Origin: a virus
DNA length: 64,000 nucleotides
Strand: one strand, 5' to 3'
IMG/VR virus record: IMGVR_UViG_3300045988_154892
The first letter of the stretch is position 1. Every line of letters starts with the position of its first letter. This document shows, one piece after another, positions 20,346 through 27,512 of the stretch. The notes under the pieces were generated by a model, which did not search any database, was not told the DNA's origin, and worked only from the letters and a program-made list of their open reading frames with translations. Position numbers and translations under genes: made by a program.

Positions 20346-20440
20346 AACAATAGAATCCGAAGTAGAATACCAGTGCATCCACCAAGAATTCCACCAAACA
20401 ACGCAGGATTAATTCTGTAAATTCCAGTCATACCTTTCAT
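20342..20440 (-). CDS. small hydrophobic peptide (32 aa)
   Basis: AAGGAGA RBS 7 nt before the ATG. MKGMTGIYRINPALFGGILGGCTGILLRILLF. Its 3' end overlaps the convergent gene 19854-20345 by 4 nt. Confidence 0.5.
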   Translation of the reverse strand: MKGMTGIYRINPALFGGILGGCTGILLRILLF

Positions 20441-20468
20441 ATGTATGTCTCCTTTTATAAAAAAATAA

Positions 20469-20551
20469 TACCGGCAGCGAGACTCGAACTCGCACTGCTC
20501 ATAACAATCTGGGCTTAAACCAGATGTGTCTACCAATTCCACCATACCGGC
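20469..20551 (-). tRNA. tRNA-Leu (anticodon UAA), class II
   Basis: Hand-folded cloverleaf: GCCGGUA acceptor, GUGG-AAUUGGUAGA-CAC D-arm, UCUGG-UUUAAGC-CCAGA anticodon arm, long variable arm, GCGAG-UUCGAGU-CUCGC T-arm. Confidence 0.8.
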
Positions 20552-20586
20552 ATACGGAGGCACTGCCTCCATTCGCTAATTATATA

Positions 20587-20676
20587 CGGAGCCTGTGGGA
20601 TTCGAACCCACGCGCCGTTGTTAGCGGCCTGTCAGTTTTCAGGACTGATCTCTTCATCCAACTTGAGTAAAGCTCC
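20587..20676 (-). tRNA. tRNA-Ser-like (anticodon UGA), class II, unusual C at position 33
   Basis: GGAGCUU acceptor, UCAGU-CCUGAAA-ACUGA anticodon arm, GCCG-cuaacaa-CGGC variable arm, GUGGG-UUCGAAU-CCCAC T-arm. Confidence 0.65.
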
Positions 20677-20686
20677 AAAACAAAAA

Positions 20687-20770
20687 TGAGCAGAGTAGGA
20701 GTCGAACCTACGGTGTTTCTAATGTGACGGATTTACAGTCCGTTGCTATCGCCACTAAGCACATCTGCCC
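20687..20770 (-). tRNA. tRNA-Tyr (anticodon GUA), class II
   Basis: GGGCAGA acceptor (one G-U pair), ACGGA-CUGUAAA-UCCGU anticodon arm, GUAGG-UUCGACU-CCUAC T-arm. One extra nucleotide before the D-stem. Confidence 0.75.
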
Positions 20771-20803
20771 ATAAAAATAGGAGAGTAGATTGCTCCACTC
20801 TCC
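20771..20803 (-). terminator. intrinsic terminator after DUF262 gene
   Basis: Minus strand GGAGAGUGGAGCAAUCUACUCUCC followed by UAUUUUUAU. Confidence 0.65.
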
Positions 20804-20838
20804 ATAATAAAAATCATATTAAATTATTTCACAAAAAA

Positions 20839-21816
20839 TTATAGATTATCTACGACTTTATTCCAATACTGTAGACGAGCTTTAACGCCAGCAGAAGCAG
20901 TAGTTCCAGACTGTACGAGCTGTTTATATGCTTCATTGGAATCATAATTCTCAGCAAACTCATTTACCGCAGCTTCGAATTTTCTAAAATCTTTTCCGTC
21001 TTTAATACATTTATAACCGCCATACAGGATCATTGGGATAGAAGTAGATTTTACCTTGATTACTTCATCGCCTGTATTGAAAGCATCTAATACATCTGTT
21101 AATATACTGATATCAGTAGCATTGATATTTTCATCATACCAAACAACAAAACTGTCAATATCTTTCGCTCTAAATGATGTAAAATCATTTTCTTCATTTG
21201 TATTAATCAGCATAAGGGTTTCGCGGATCAGATCACGCTGAACATCTTTCTTATATTGTGCATCAGTAAGGATTTTCTCAAAGAACTCATGATCTGCAAA
21301 ATTAAAGATAACGTCACTTACTTTTTCACTCTCGATTGCTGTACGTTTTTGAGTATTGTTTAATGGTTTACCATTATTCTGACGAGTAAACATTTCTCGA
21401 ATATCTTCCCCAGTACAATCAGTAAACACATAGATTGTCATCTCATAATCATTTAATTTATCTTGTACAGCCTCATCAAGCTGTGCATATTTTTTACCAG
21501 CAATTTCATATACATCGCCATCAACTGTAACTGGTTTTAAATTTTTAGCCAATCTAAAACCATCTTTTTTAAAAAAGTCTCTTACTGTGGTAGCTCGCTG
21601 AACACCATCAAAAATTCTTCTTACATCGTCAGATCCGACTTCGCATCTAATTGGATCAATTGGATACGGACGAAGCATAGAGTCAATCAGTAAACTTTTC
21701 TGACGATTGCCCCACTGATTTTCCTGGCGTTGAAACTTGTGTTTCATACTGTATTTTCCTTTTGTGATATCTTTCGCAAAGTTCTTTGCACTCTGTCTTT
21801 TTACTACATAGTCCAT
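20839..21816 (-). CDS. DUF262 (GmrSD N-terminal / ParB-like) domain protein without a DUF1524 nuclease half
   Basis: FQRQENQWGNRQKSLLIDSMLRPYPIDPI and FDGVQRATT match the DUF262 signature. The C-terminal ~150 aa are unassigned. Confidence 0.75.
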   Translation of the reverse strand: MDYVVKRQSAKNFAKDITKGKYSMKHKFQRQENQWGNRQKSLLIDSMLRPYPIDPIRCEVGSDDVRRIFDGVQRATTVRDFFKKDGFRLAKNLKPVTVDGDVYEIAGKKYAQLDEAVQDKLNDYEMTIYVFTDCTGEDIREMFTRQNNGKPLNNTQKRTAIESEKVSDVIFNFADHEFFEKILTDAQYKKDVQRDLIRETLMLINTNEENDFTSFRAKDIDSFVVWYDENINATDISILTDVLDAFNTGDEVIKVKSTSIPMILYGGYKCIKDGKDFRKFEAAVNEFAENYDSNEAYKQLVQSGTTASAGVKARLQYWNKVVDNL

Positions 21817-22025
21817 ACAAAATTACCTCCTGGATTTGATAATTTCACATTATCACAATAGGTAAATTTTGTAAAGGTACAGCACGTCCTTTTTATAAAT
21901 ATTTTTGCGATTTTTTGTATTTTTTGACGTCGCACATTTTCTCAGACATGTGCCATCACCGATTCCTAGACGTCAGTAGGAGATTGCAGTTTACGTGTTG
22001 CTGCACAACCGTCCATATTTTACTA

Positions 22026-22054
22026 TTGACAGATTTTTCCTCTTGCCATATAAT
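22026..22054 (+). promoter_or_regulatory. consensus sigma-A/sigma-70 promoter
   Basis: TTGACA (22026-22031), exactly 17 nt spacer, TATAAT (22049-22054). Confidence 0.8.
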
Positions 22055-22060
22055 CTATAT

Positions 22061-22420
22061 GTGAGAGTCCACCCAGGCGTTTCGTTTACGGCTGGATAAG
22101 ATGTTAAGGATTTTTCAGAGTCGCATCAGGATAGTGATATCCTGTTTAAATATACCCTTGCTAAGAAAGGAGGGTGATGCGATACGGATTTATTTCTTAA
22201 ATTTTTTAGAGATACATACATGGTCGTGAATGATAGTAACCTACTATCTACGATCGTTGCCGGGGTAGTTCTGTTGTTTTTACAGAATGTAATCCCAACG
22301 AAAAAAGACCGCTAGTTAAGCGATCCTTTTCGTAAGAAATTCAAATCAGCCGTCGTCCTTCGGCTCTGAGAAATCCACCTGGGTGAACATCTCAATTCTA
22401 TATATTCGATTTATTGGAAG
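22061..22420 (+). ncRNA. self-closing structured RNA of unknown class (moron-like cargo)
   Basis: 5'/3' pairing UGAGA 22062-66/UCUCA 22390-94 and CACCCAGG 22070-77/CCUGGGUG 22378-85. GUGA-capped 7-bp hairpin. Helix 22222-28/22249-55 has two G-U pairs legal only on plus. No credible ORF. Confidence 0.7.
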
Positions 22421-22449
22421 CCACTTGATGTTCAAGTGGTTATTTTTAT
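22421..22449 (+). terminator. intrinsic terminator of the plus-strand RNA
   Basis: CCACUUGA-ugu-UCAAGUGG followed by UUAUUUUUAUU. Confidence 0.8.
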
Positions 22450-22480
22450 TATTGTGATTGCTATGTAGTTCACTAAATCA

Positions 22481-22520
22481 CTCTACATTGCTCTACTTCA
22501 GTCTACTTTGCCTTACTTAC
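22481..22520. repeat. four tandem imperfect 10-mers (CTCTACATTG CTCTACTTCA GTCTACTTTG CCTTACTTAC)
   Basis: Read directly. Helical-repeat spacing, located just downstream of the int stop. Possible arm-type binding sites. Confidence 0.5.
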
Positions 22521-22547
22521 AAATGTAATATACCTTAATTTTTGAGG

Positions 22548-22572
22548 AATGTCAAGTCAAGTCTTGACAATT
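22548..22572. other. candidate attP core (inverted repeat around a 6-bp spacer)
   Basis: AAT-GTCAAG tcaagt CTTGAC-AATT, about 80 bp from the integrase stop codon. Confidence 0.35.
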
Positions 22573-22651
22573 GGTAAATTTGTAGTAAACTGGTACGGTT
22601 GTCACAAAATCAAAATACGATCTATATATGTATTATTCTCCGGATGGAAGA

Positions 22652-23668
22652 TTAAATTCCAAACATAGAATTGATTGTATCTTCCGAATGATCCTTTAAA
22701 TATCCCTGGGTAGTACTTGGATCTGAATGGTGTGCAAAAATTTGCACCTGTTCCAAAGGATATTTTCTAGGATTACCATTTTCATCAAGTAATCTTAAAT
22801 CTGTTCCTTGTGATAAACACTCAAGTCTACTATGTCGCATGGTATGAGTGAAAATATTACATGGTTCTCCACGAACCTCCGACAATATTTTTGAGATACT
22901 TACAATCCGATCATAAAGAACAGAAGAATCCGAAATTGATTGTTTATTTTCGCCGCTTCCTTTGATCCATAGAGAGTCAATATCATCATCTCCGCGCAAT
23001 TCAAGATATTTTCTAATTAATTCTCTTGTATCATCTAAGTATACTAAAGGAAACTTTTTGCCTCGTTTTCCGACAACTACATTAGTTTTGTTTCCATCTA
23101 ACAATCCGTACTTTTGGATTTGAAATAATTCATTTTTTCTGCCAGCAGAATCAAAACCAATACTCCATAAAACTGCAAGCTGCCATTTTTCTTGTTGTAC
23201 TAAAATATCTCTTACTTTAATAAATTCATCATATGTAAAGAAAAAGTCATCTTCATTATCTTTTACAGGTGATTTTGGTATTCCATGTACTTTTTTTGCA
23301 TAATTAATTTCATAATCATAATCATCATCGTCTTCGCAAAAAGTAAGAAGACTATTAATGGCACTTTTTAATCTATTTGTTCTTGCAGCAGACATTTCGC
23401 ATTCTTCAGTAAAATATAAACTAAGATTTCTAAAATCTTTTTTCTTCAAATCTAATACGCAACGATTGTCCAATTCTTTTAATATATAAATCATAATAAT
23501 ACGAAGATCATTGTGATAACCAGCAATGGTTCCTTTGCTCTTTTTTCTCTGTTTATATTCTTGAAGAAAATCATTCATTATACGTTTATTCTCTTTATTA
23601 ACTTGCGCCCATAATTCTTCTGTATAAAAATTATGATAAATTCGACCTCTACTAGCCATCCAACTCAC
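22652..23668 (-). CDS. int: tyrosine recombinase / phage integrase
   Basis: 338 aa. Catalytic pattern AGRKNE ... HTMRHS ... HHSDPSTTQGY (R, H-x-x-R, H, Y). Confidence 0.9.
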   Translation of the reverse strand: MSWMASRGRIYHNFYTEELWAQVNKENKRIMNDFLQEYKQRKKSKGTIAGYHNDLRIIMIYILKELDNRCVLDLKKKDFRNLSLYFTEECEMSAARTNRLKSAINSLLTFCEDDDDYDYEINYAKKVHGIPKSPVKDNEDDFFFTYDEFIKVRDILVQQEKWQLAVLWSIGFDSAGRKNELFQIQKYGLLDGNKTNVVVGKRGKKFPLVYLDDTRELIRKYLELRGDDDIDSLWIKGSGENKQSISDSSVLYDRIVSISKILSEVRGEPCNIFTHTMRHSRLECLSQGTDLRLLDENGNPRKYPLEQVQIFAHHSDPSTTQGYLKDHSEDTINSMFGI

Positions 23669-23687
23669 TTCCTTTCAATATAAATTA

Positions 23688-24728
23688 TTAACAATCTATA
23701 TTTTTAGTGTTTTTATAATTTTGTATAAATTCTTGTATCTGTTCTGGAGTATTATTTTTTTCTCCATATAAAGAATGAAAACTATTTGGGTATTTTATAA
23801 GGTGACATGCTTCACATAATGTAATACCATTGTTTATATCGTATCTTAAGTCTGGATAATCTGAAAAATTATATAAATGATGGGCGTTTAAATTACTACC
23901 ACGTTTCCCACAGCATTGACATGTATAATTATCCCTATCAAATACTTTTCTAACCCACTCTTTGTAGTATGTATTATTTCTTGCCATATGCTGTTCTGTT
24001 GTCGAAAATCCATCAAATTCATCTAATGGAATACCTCGTTGTCTACATGACGATTTAATACGACCTTGCAACGTAGATTGTGACTCACGTACTTTTCTAT
24101 AACCATCTTTTTCTTCATAATAAACAGAAAGTAGTTCACTTCTTGTTGGAATAGTGTAACCATATTCTTTTATTAAAGAAATTACGGTATTACCTGTTGT
24201 ATTATATTGTTTTGCAATCTCTTCAGATGTCATATGCTTAATAAAATACATCATATATAAGATTTCTTTTGGTAATATGTTTTTCAAATTTCCATATTTT
24301 GAAATATTGAATTTTGAAATCCATCCACGCAATGTTCGTGTATTTATATCGCATTCTTTTGCAATATCTTCAGCATTCTTATTTTTTACTATATATTCGT
24401 TATACAGCCATTCTTTATTTCTGTAAGGGATTTCTATAAAATATAATTTCCCATTTTCATCTCTATATTTCTTTTTATGGCTTAAACATTCTTGGCAACA
24501 ATAAAGATCTGATCGTAAATTCAAATAATCTTTATAAGGCATCTTTTTTATTTGATTACAGAAATCACATTGCACATCAACATTAAGCGTCGATCCAGAT
24601 GTTAAATCTTGAACATTTACAAAAAACTCATCTAAATGTTTTGTATAAATATAACCTTTATTTTCATAATGTTTTCTTGTATTTCCAGTCCATTTTATTT
24701 TAACTTGTTGTGGCAATACTAATCCCAT
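23688..24728 (-). CDS. free-standing HNH homing endonuclease with HTH repeats
   Basis: 346 aa. C-terminal CQCCGKRGSNLNAHHLYNF...NGITLCEACH. Two similar HTH segments (AEDIAKECDINTRTLRGW / SEEIAKQYNTTGNTVISL). Confidence 0.85.
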   Translation of the reverse strand: MGLVLPQQVKIKWTGNTRKHYENKGYIYTKHLDEFFVNVQDLTSGSTLNVDVQCDFCNQIKKMPYKDYLNLRSDLYCCQECLSHKKKYRDENGKLYFIEIPYRNKEWLYNEYIVKNKNAEDIAKECDINTRTLRGWISKFNISKYGNLKNILPKEILYMMYFIKHMTSEEIAKQYNTTGNTVISLIKEYGYTIPTRSELLSVYYEEKDGYRKVRESQSTLQGRIKSSCRQRGIPLDEFDGFSTTEQHMARNNTYYKEWVRKVFDRDNYTCQCCGKRGSNLNAHHLYNFSDYPDLRYDINNGITLCEACHLIKYPNSFHSLYGEKNNTPEQIQEFIQNYKNTKNIDC

Positions 24729-24768
24729 TTTTCCTACTTTCCCACCTACATAAAACTATATAAAAATA

Positions 24769-24829
24769 GAATGGGAGAGAGGTAGGTGACTCTACTCTAT
24801 TGGCTCATGACTTCCAATAGTCCCATTCC
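24769..24829 (-). promoter_or_regulatory. conserved three-way-junction RNA leader upstream of HNH gene (copy 2)
   Basis: Minus strand GGAAUGGGA/UCCCAUUC closes CUAUUGG-aagucaugag-CCAAUAG and GUAG...CUAC, then UAUUUUUAU. It may also terminate the upstream Rha-like gene. Confidence 0.55.
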
Positions 24830-24904
24830 ATTAATTCTCTCAATCAGCTATGACACCGATCGAGAGATCTATTTATCTTATTCTCTATTACAAATAGCAC
24901 ATTA

Positions 24905-25672
24905 TTATGTAGCAGAAATATTCTTTACCCACTGATCATAATTTTCGATAATCCATTTTCTACCTTTTTCAGTCCATTTCAGACATGGAGCAGCATTCTT
25001 TGCAGTATAACTCTGATAATCTGCATATCCTTCTATAATTAGCCATTCATATTCAGCATATGGACACCATGTTCCAGATTGATTCTTAAAAATAATATGA
25101 TTAAGATTCATAATCTCATTAAGTTTTTGAGCACTTCTATAACCAAGATCCTTTGCTACAACGGTAGTAGTAATTAATCCGTCTTTATTAAGAACTTCAT
25201 CATGATATTCAACTTTTGGTTTCTGTTCCTCAATTTCTGCAACAAGTGGAGCAGTTTCGATCTCAACAAGCCGTTTATGGGCATAAGCGACTTCACTTGG
25301 GTCTTTACTAAACAACTGTAATTTTAAACGTTCTTCTTCAGAAAGTGTTGTCCCAGATTTTAACGTTTCTTCCATGGCGTTGAATGCATTAATATATTTA
25401 AGTTTCCATTCAAGAGCCTTCTTACCAGTAAATCCCATTGCAAGTAATGAAAACCCATCACGATTAACAAGAAAACAACGATATTCTTTTCCACGAGAAT
25501 TTACATATGTAGATTCATTAAACATTTCACTCCACAAAATTGTGGAGTCAGATTTTAACATGTTATCGATATCTCTTAAAACTTGATCATGCCTTTTGCC
25601 AAATTTTTCTGCAATATCATTGCTACTTGCTACCACTTGCCCTTTTTCTTCTTTTAAAATAATTTCGTTCAT
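24905..25672 (-). CDS. Rha-family regulatory protein with KilAC-type antirepressor C-terminal domain
   Basis: 255 aa. The N-terminus VVASSNDIAEKFGKRHDQVLRDIDNM is typical of Rha. The C-terminal half resembles AntA/KilAC. Confidence 0.65.
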   Translation of the reverse strand: MNEIILKEEKGQVVASSNDIAEKFGKRHDQVLRDIDNMLKSDSTILWSEMFNESTYVNSRGKEYRCFLVNRDGFSLLAMGFTGKKALEWKLKYINAFNAMEETLKSGTTLSEEERLKLQLFSKDPSEVAYAHKRLVEIETAPLVAEIEEQKPKVEYHDEVLNKDGLITTTVVAKDLGYRSAQKLNEIMNLNHIIFKNQSGTWCPYAEYEWLIIEGYADYQSYTAKNAAPCLKWTEKGRKWIIENYDQWVKNISAT

Positions 25673-25709
25673 TATATTTTGGTTTCTCCTTTTGCTAAGA
25701 AATATATTT

Positions 25710-25754
25710 TTTAGAAAAGGAGAACTGGTTGGTAATTATCCAACAAAGTTCTCC
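25710..25754 (-). terminator. intrinsic terminator upstream of Rha-like gene
   Basis: Minus strand GGAGAACU...(inner UUGG/CCAA)...AGUUCUCC followed by UUUUCUAAAAAA. Confidence 0.6.
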
Positions 25755-25905
25755 ATTGCTGGTGCGATAGGAACATACCCTATACATTCGTTCCACCAAT
25801 AAAGATGAGATAGGAGAGTATTAACCATCCTATATTACTCATTATCAGGTTATCCACCCGTCTCTAATCATTTATTCTCTGCATTCGTTTGCAGAAAATT
25901 GTAAA

Positions 25906-25977
25906 CAGGAAGTCAGGGATTCGAACCCTGATTGACAGTTTTGGAGACTGTCGTGTTGCCAATTACACTAACGACCT
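25906..25977 (-). tRNA. tRNA-Trp (anticodon CCA) with two acceptor-stem mismatches
   Basis: GUGU-AAUUGGCA-ACAC D-arm, ACAGU-CUCCAAA-ACUGU anticodon arm, CAGGG-UUCGAAU-CCCUG T-arm. Acceptor AGGUCGU/ACUUCCU has U4-U69 and C5-U68. Confidence 0.6.
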
Positions 25978-26019
25978 GTATTTGAGTGCGTAAGCTGCAG
26001 TCTTACACACTCAACAAAA

Positions 26020-26622
26020 TTATAAATAAAAACTTTTCAAAATCTCAGATAGACGATTCTTATCAACCTGTTCAGATGACCAATATGAAATAGAACTATA
26101 TCCATTCTTATCATGCTTGCTACATGTAAATCCCTGTCCATCATCAGAGAAATCTACATCCATAGAATCGTCTTTGGATCGTGAATCACAGTCGTAGTCA
26201 TCACAATCATGGTTGTCGATCATATGATCAGGTTCATTACATTCTTCTTCATCTGTAAGCTGAAATTCATATTTCATATCCGATTCAAAATATTTAACGC
26301 ATTTAGAATTTGCATTTTCATCAAAAAATACAAATTTGGGAGATAACATACAATATCTTCCGTCCAATTTTAGCTTCTCGCAAAATATTTCATCACACAC
26401 AATACTGATAACATATTCGTCTTCATAGTTATCCCACTCAGGGTCTGCCAACTCAACAAATTTTAGATCATAATCGTAAAATACCAATTCTCTCAAAATT
26501 TCTTTTGCATGATCATACTTAGCAACAAAACTTACGTTTCGATCACAATCATGTAGTAGCTCATAAGTCTCGACAACTACTTCGACCAACTCTTCAATAC
26601 TTTTACATTTCAGTGTATGCAT
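26020..26622 (-). CDS. hypothetical acidic protein
   Basis: 200-aa ORF, D/E/C-rich in the C-terminal half. Confidence 0.6.
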   Translation of the reverse strand: MHTLKCKSIEELVEVVVETYELLHDCDRNVSFVAKYDHAKEILRELVFYDYDLKFVELADPEWDNYEDEYVISIVCDEIFCEKLKLDGRYCMLSPKFVFFDENANSKCVKYFESDMKYEFQLTDEEECNEPDHMIDNHDCDDYDCDSRSKDDSMDVDFSDDGQGFTCSKHDKNGYSSISYWSSEQVDKNRLSEILKSFYL

Positions 26623-26640
26623 AAAATCACCACCGATCTA

Positions 26641-26916
26641 TTAGAGAACAGCCTCTTTAAGAGCAGTAGCTGCCTTGAATTTCGGTGCTTTATGAGCGGC
26701 AACCATAATTGTTTCACCAGTCTGAGGATTACGTCTCTTAGATTCTGCCTTTTCTACAACCTCGAATTTTCCAAATCCTGCGATATTTACAGATTCTCCA
26801 TCAGCCATTGCATCTTTGATGGTAACGAAAACGGCATCTACATATTTTGCTGCATCTTTCTGAGTTACTTCTAGGTTTGCTGCTACGGTTTTAATAATAT
26901 CTTGTTTGTTCATCAT
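26641..26916 (-). CDS. hup: DNA-binding protein HU
   Basis: Start set at MMNKQDIIK behind an AAGGAGA RBS. GFGKFEVVEKAESKRRNPQTGETI arm motif. Confidence 0.9.
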   Translation of the reverse strand: MMNKQDIIKTVAANLEVTQKDAAKYVDAVFVTIKDAMADGESVNIAGFGKFEVVEKAESKRRNPQTGETIMVAAHKAPKFKAATALKEAVL

Positions 26917-27022
26917 TTTAATATTCTCCTTTTGTTCAAATAAATTTTGCACTTATGAAGTGCTTGTCTAATTTTTTATAATGTGTTATTCTCTATAAGT
27001 ACGGAGCATCTTCCGTATTCTT

Positions 27023-27291
27023 GGTCATCGGCTTTTTCCCGAGTTTTGTACATTTGTTGTATAACAACGGAAAGGCAGGTGAAGTAACATGGCTATGTCA
27101 TATTCGATATTAACGCCAGTTCACGTTAATGCTTATTGGCGTTTCCGTCTAAATAGATGGGAATTTGTCCGTGAGCATTGGCGTTCGCTACCTCGACCAC
27201 GATAAAAACCGAGGAGCGCACCACGCAACGTCCAGATGGATCAGGCTCTCTGATAAGAGTTCTTGTATTCAATTCTAGGTAGCCGATGACC
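27023..27291 (-). ncRNA. structured RNA element, copy B (paralog of 1922-2176)
   Basis: Perfect 11-bp closing helix 27291-27281/27033-27023. Conserved blocks and compensatory helices versus copy A. No ORF. Confidence 0.6.
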
Positions 27292-27323
27292 TTCTTTATA
27301 TGTAAGTACAGATGTATCTGTAC

Positions 27324-27512
27324 TTATTTTTCTACTTCAGCAGGATTTTGTAATTCAATAATTCCTACTTTGATCATGTATTCTGTTTCAAGATCCAGTA
27401 CATTAGCTACCGTATCATAATCTAAACCAGTTCGACCTTGAATGTATGAATTAAGTTCGTCATAATCCAATACTGGATTTTCGTCAATTTCTCCCATAAT
27501 TGTATTCTCCAT
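27324..27512 (-). CDS. hypothetical small acidic protein
   Basis: 62-aa ORF. Its start overlaps the stop of 27512-28612. Confidence 0.55.
   Translation of the reverse strand: MENTIMGEIDENPVLDYDELNSYIQGRTGLDYDTVANVLDLETEYMIKVGIIELQNPAEVEK

Noticed and set aside
20342-20572. 76-aa ORF from the six-frame track
   Set aside because: Its first two thirds overlap tRNA-Leu(UAA) on the same strand (the peptide VELVDTSGL is the tRNA read as protein). Only the last 32 codons, with their own RBS, are kept as a possible small peptide.
22165-22200. AGGAGG followed by ATG and a 7-codon ORF (MRYGFIS) inside the plus-strand RNA
   Set aside because: The spacing between AGGAGG and ATG is only 3 nt, and the purine run is the 3' strand of an ACCCU/AGGGU helix. 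This is not a believable translation start.
22061-22449. Possibility that the plus-strand RNA is RNase P RNA, tmRNA, SRP RNA or 6S RNA
   Set aside because: It lacks GGAAAGUCC and ACAGAA-type RNase P blocks, has no T-arm or acceptor end for tmRNA, and no SRP GGAA/AGCA domain. It is too long and too branched for 6S.
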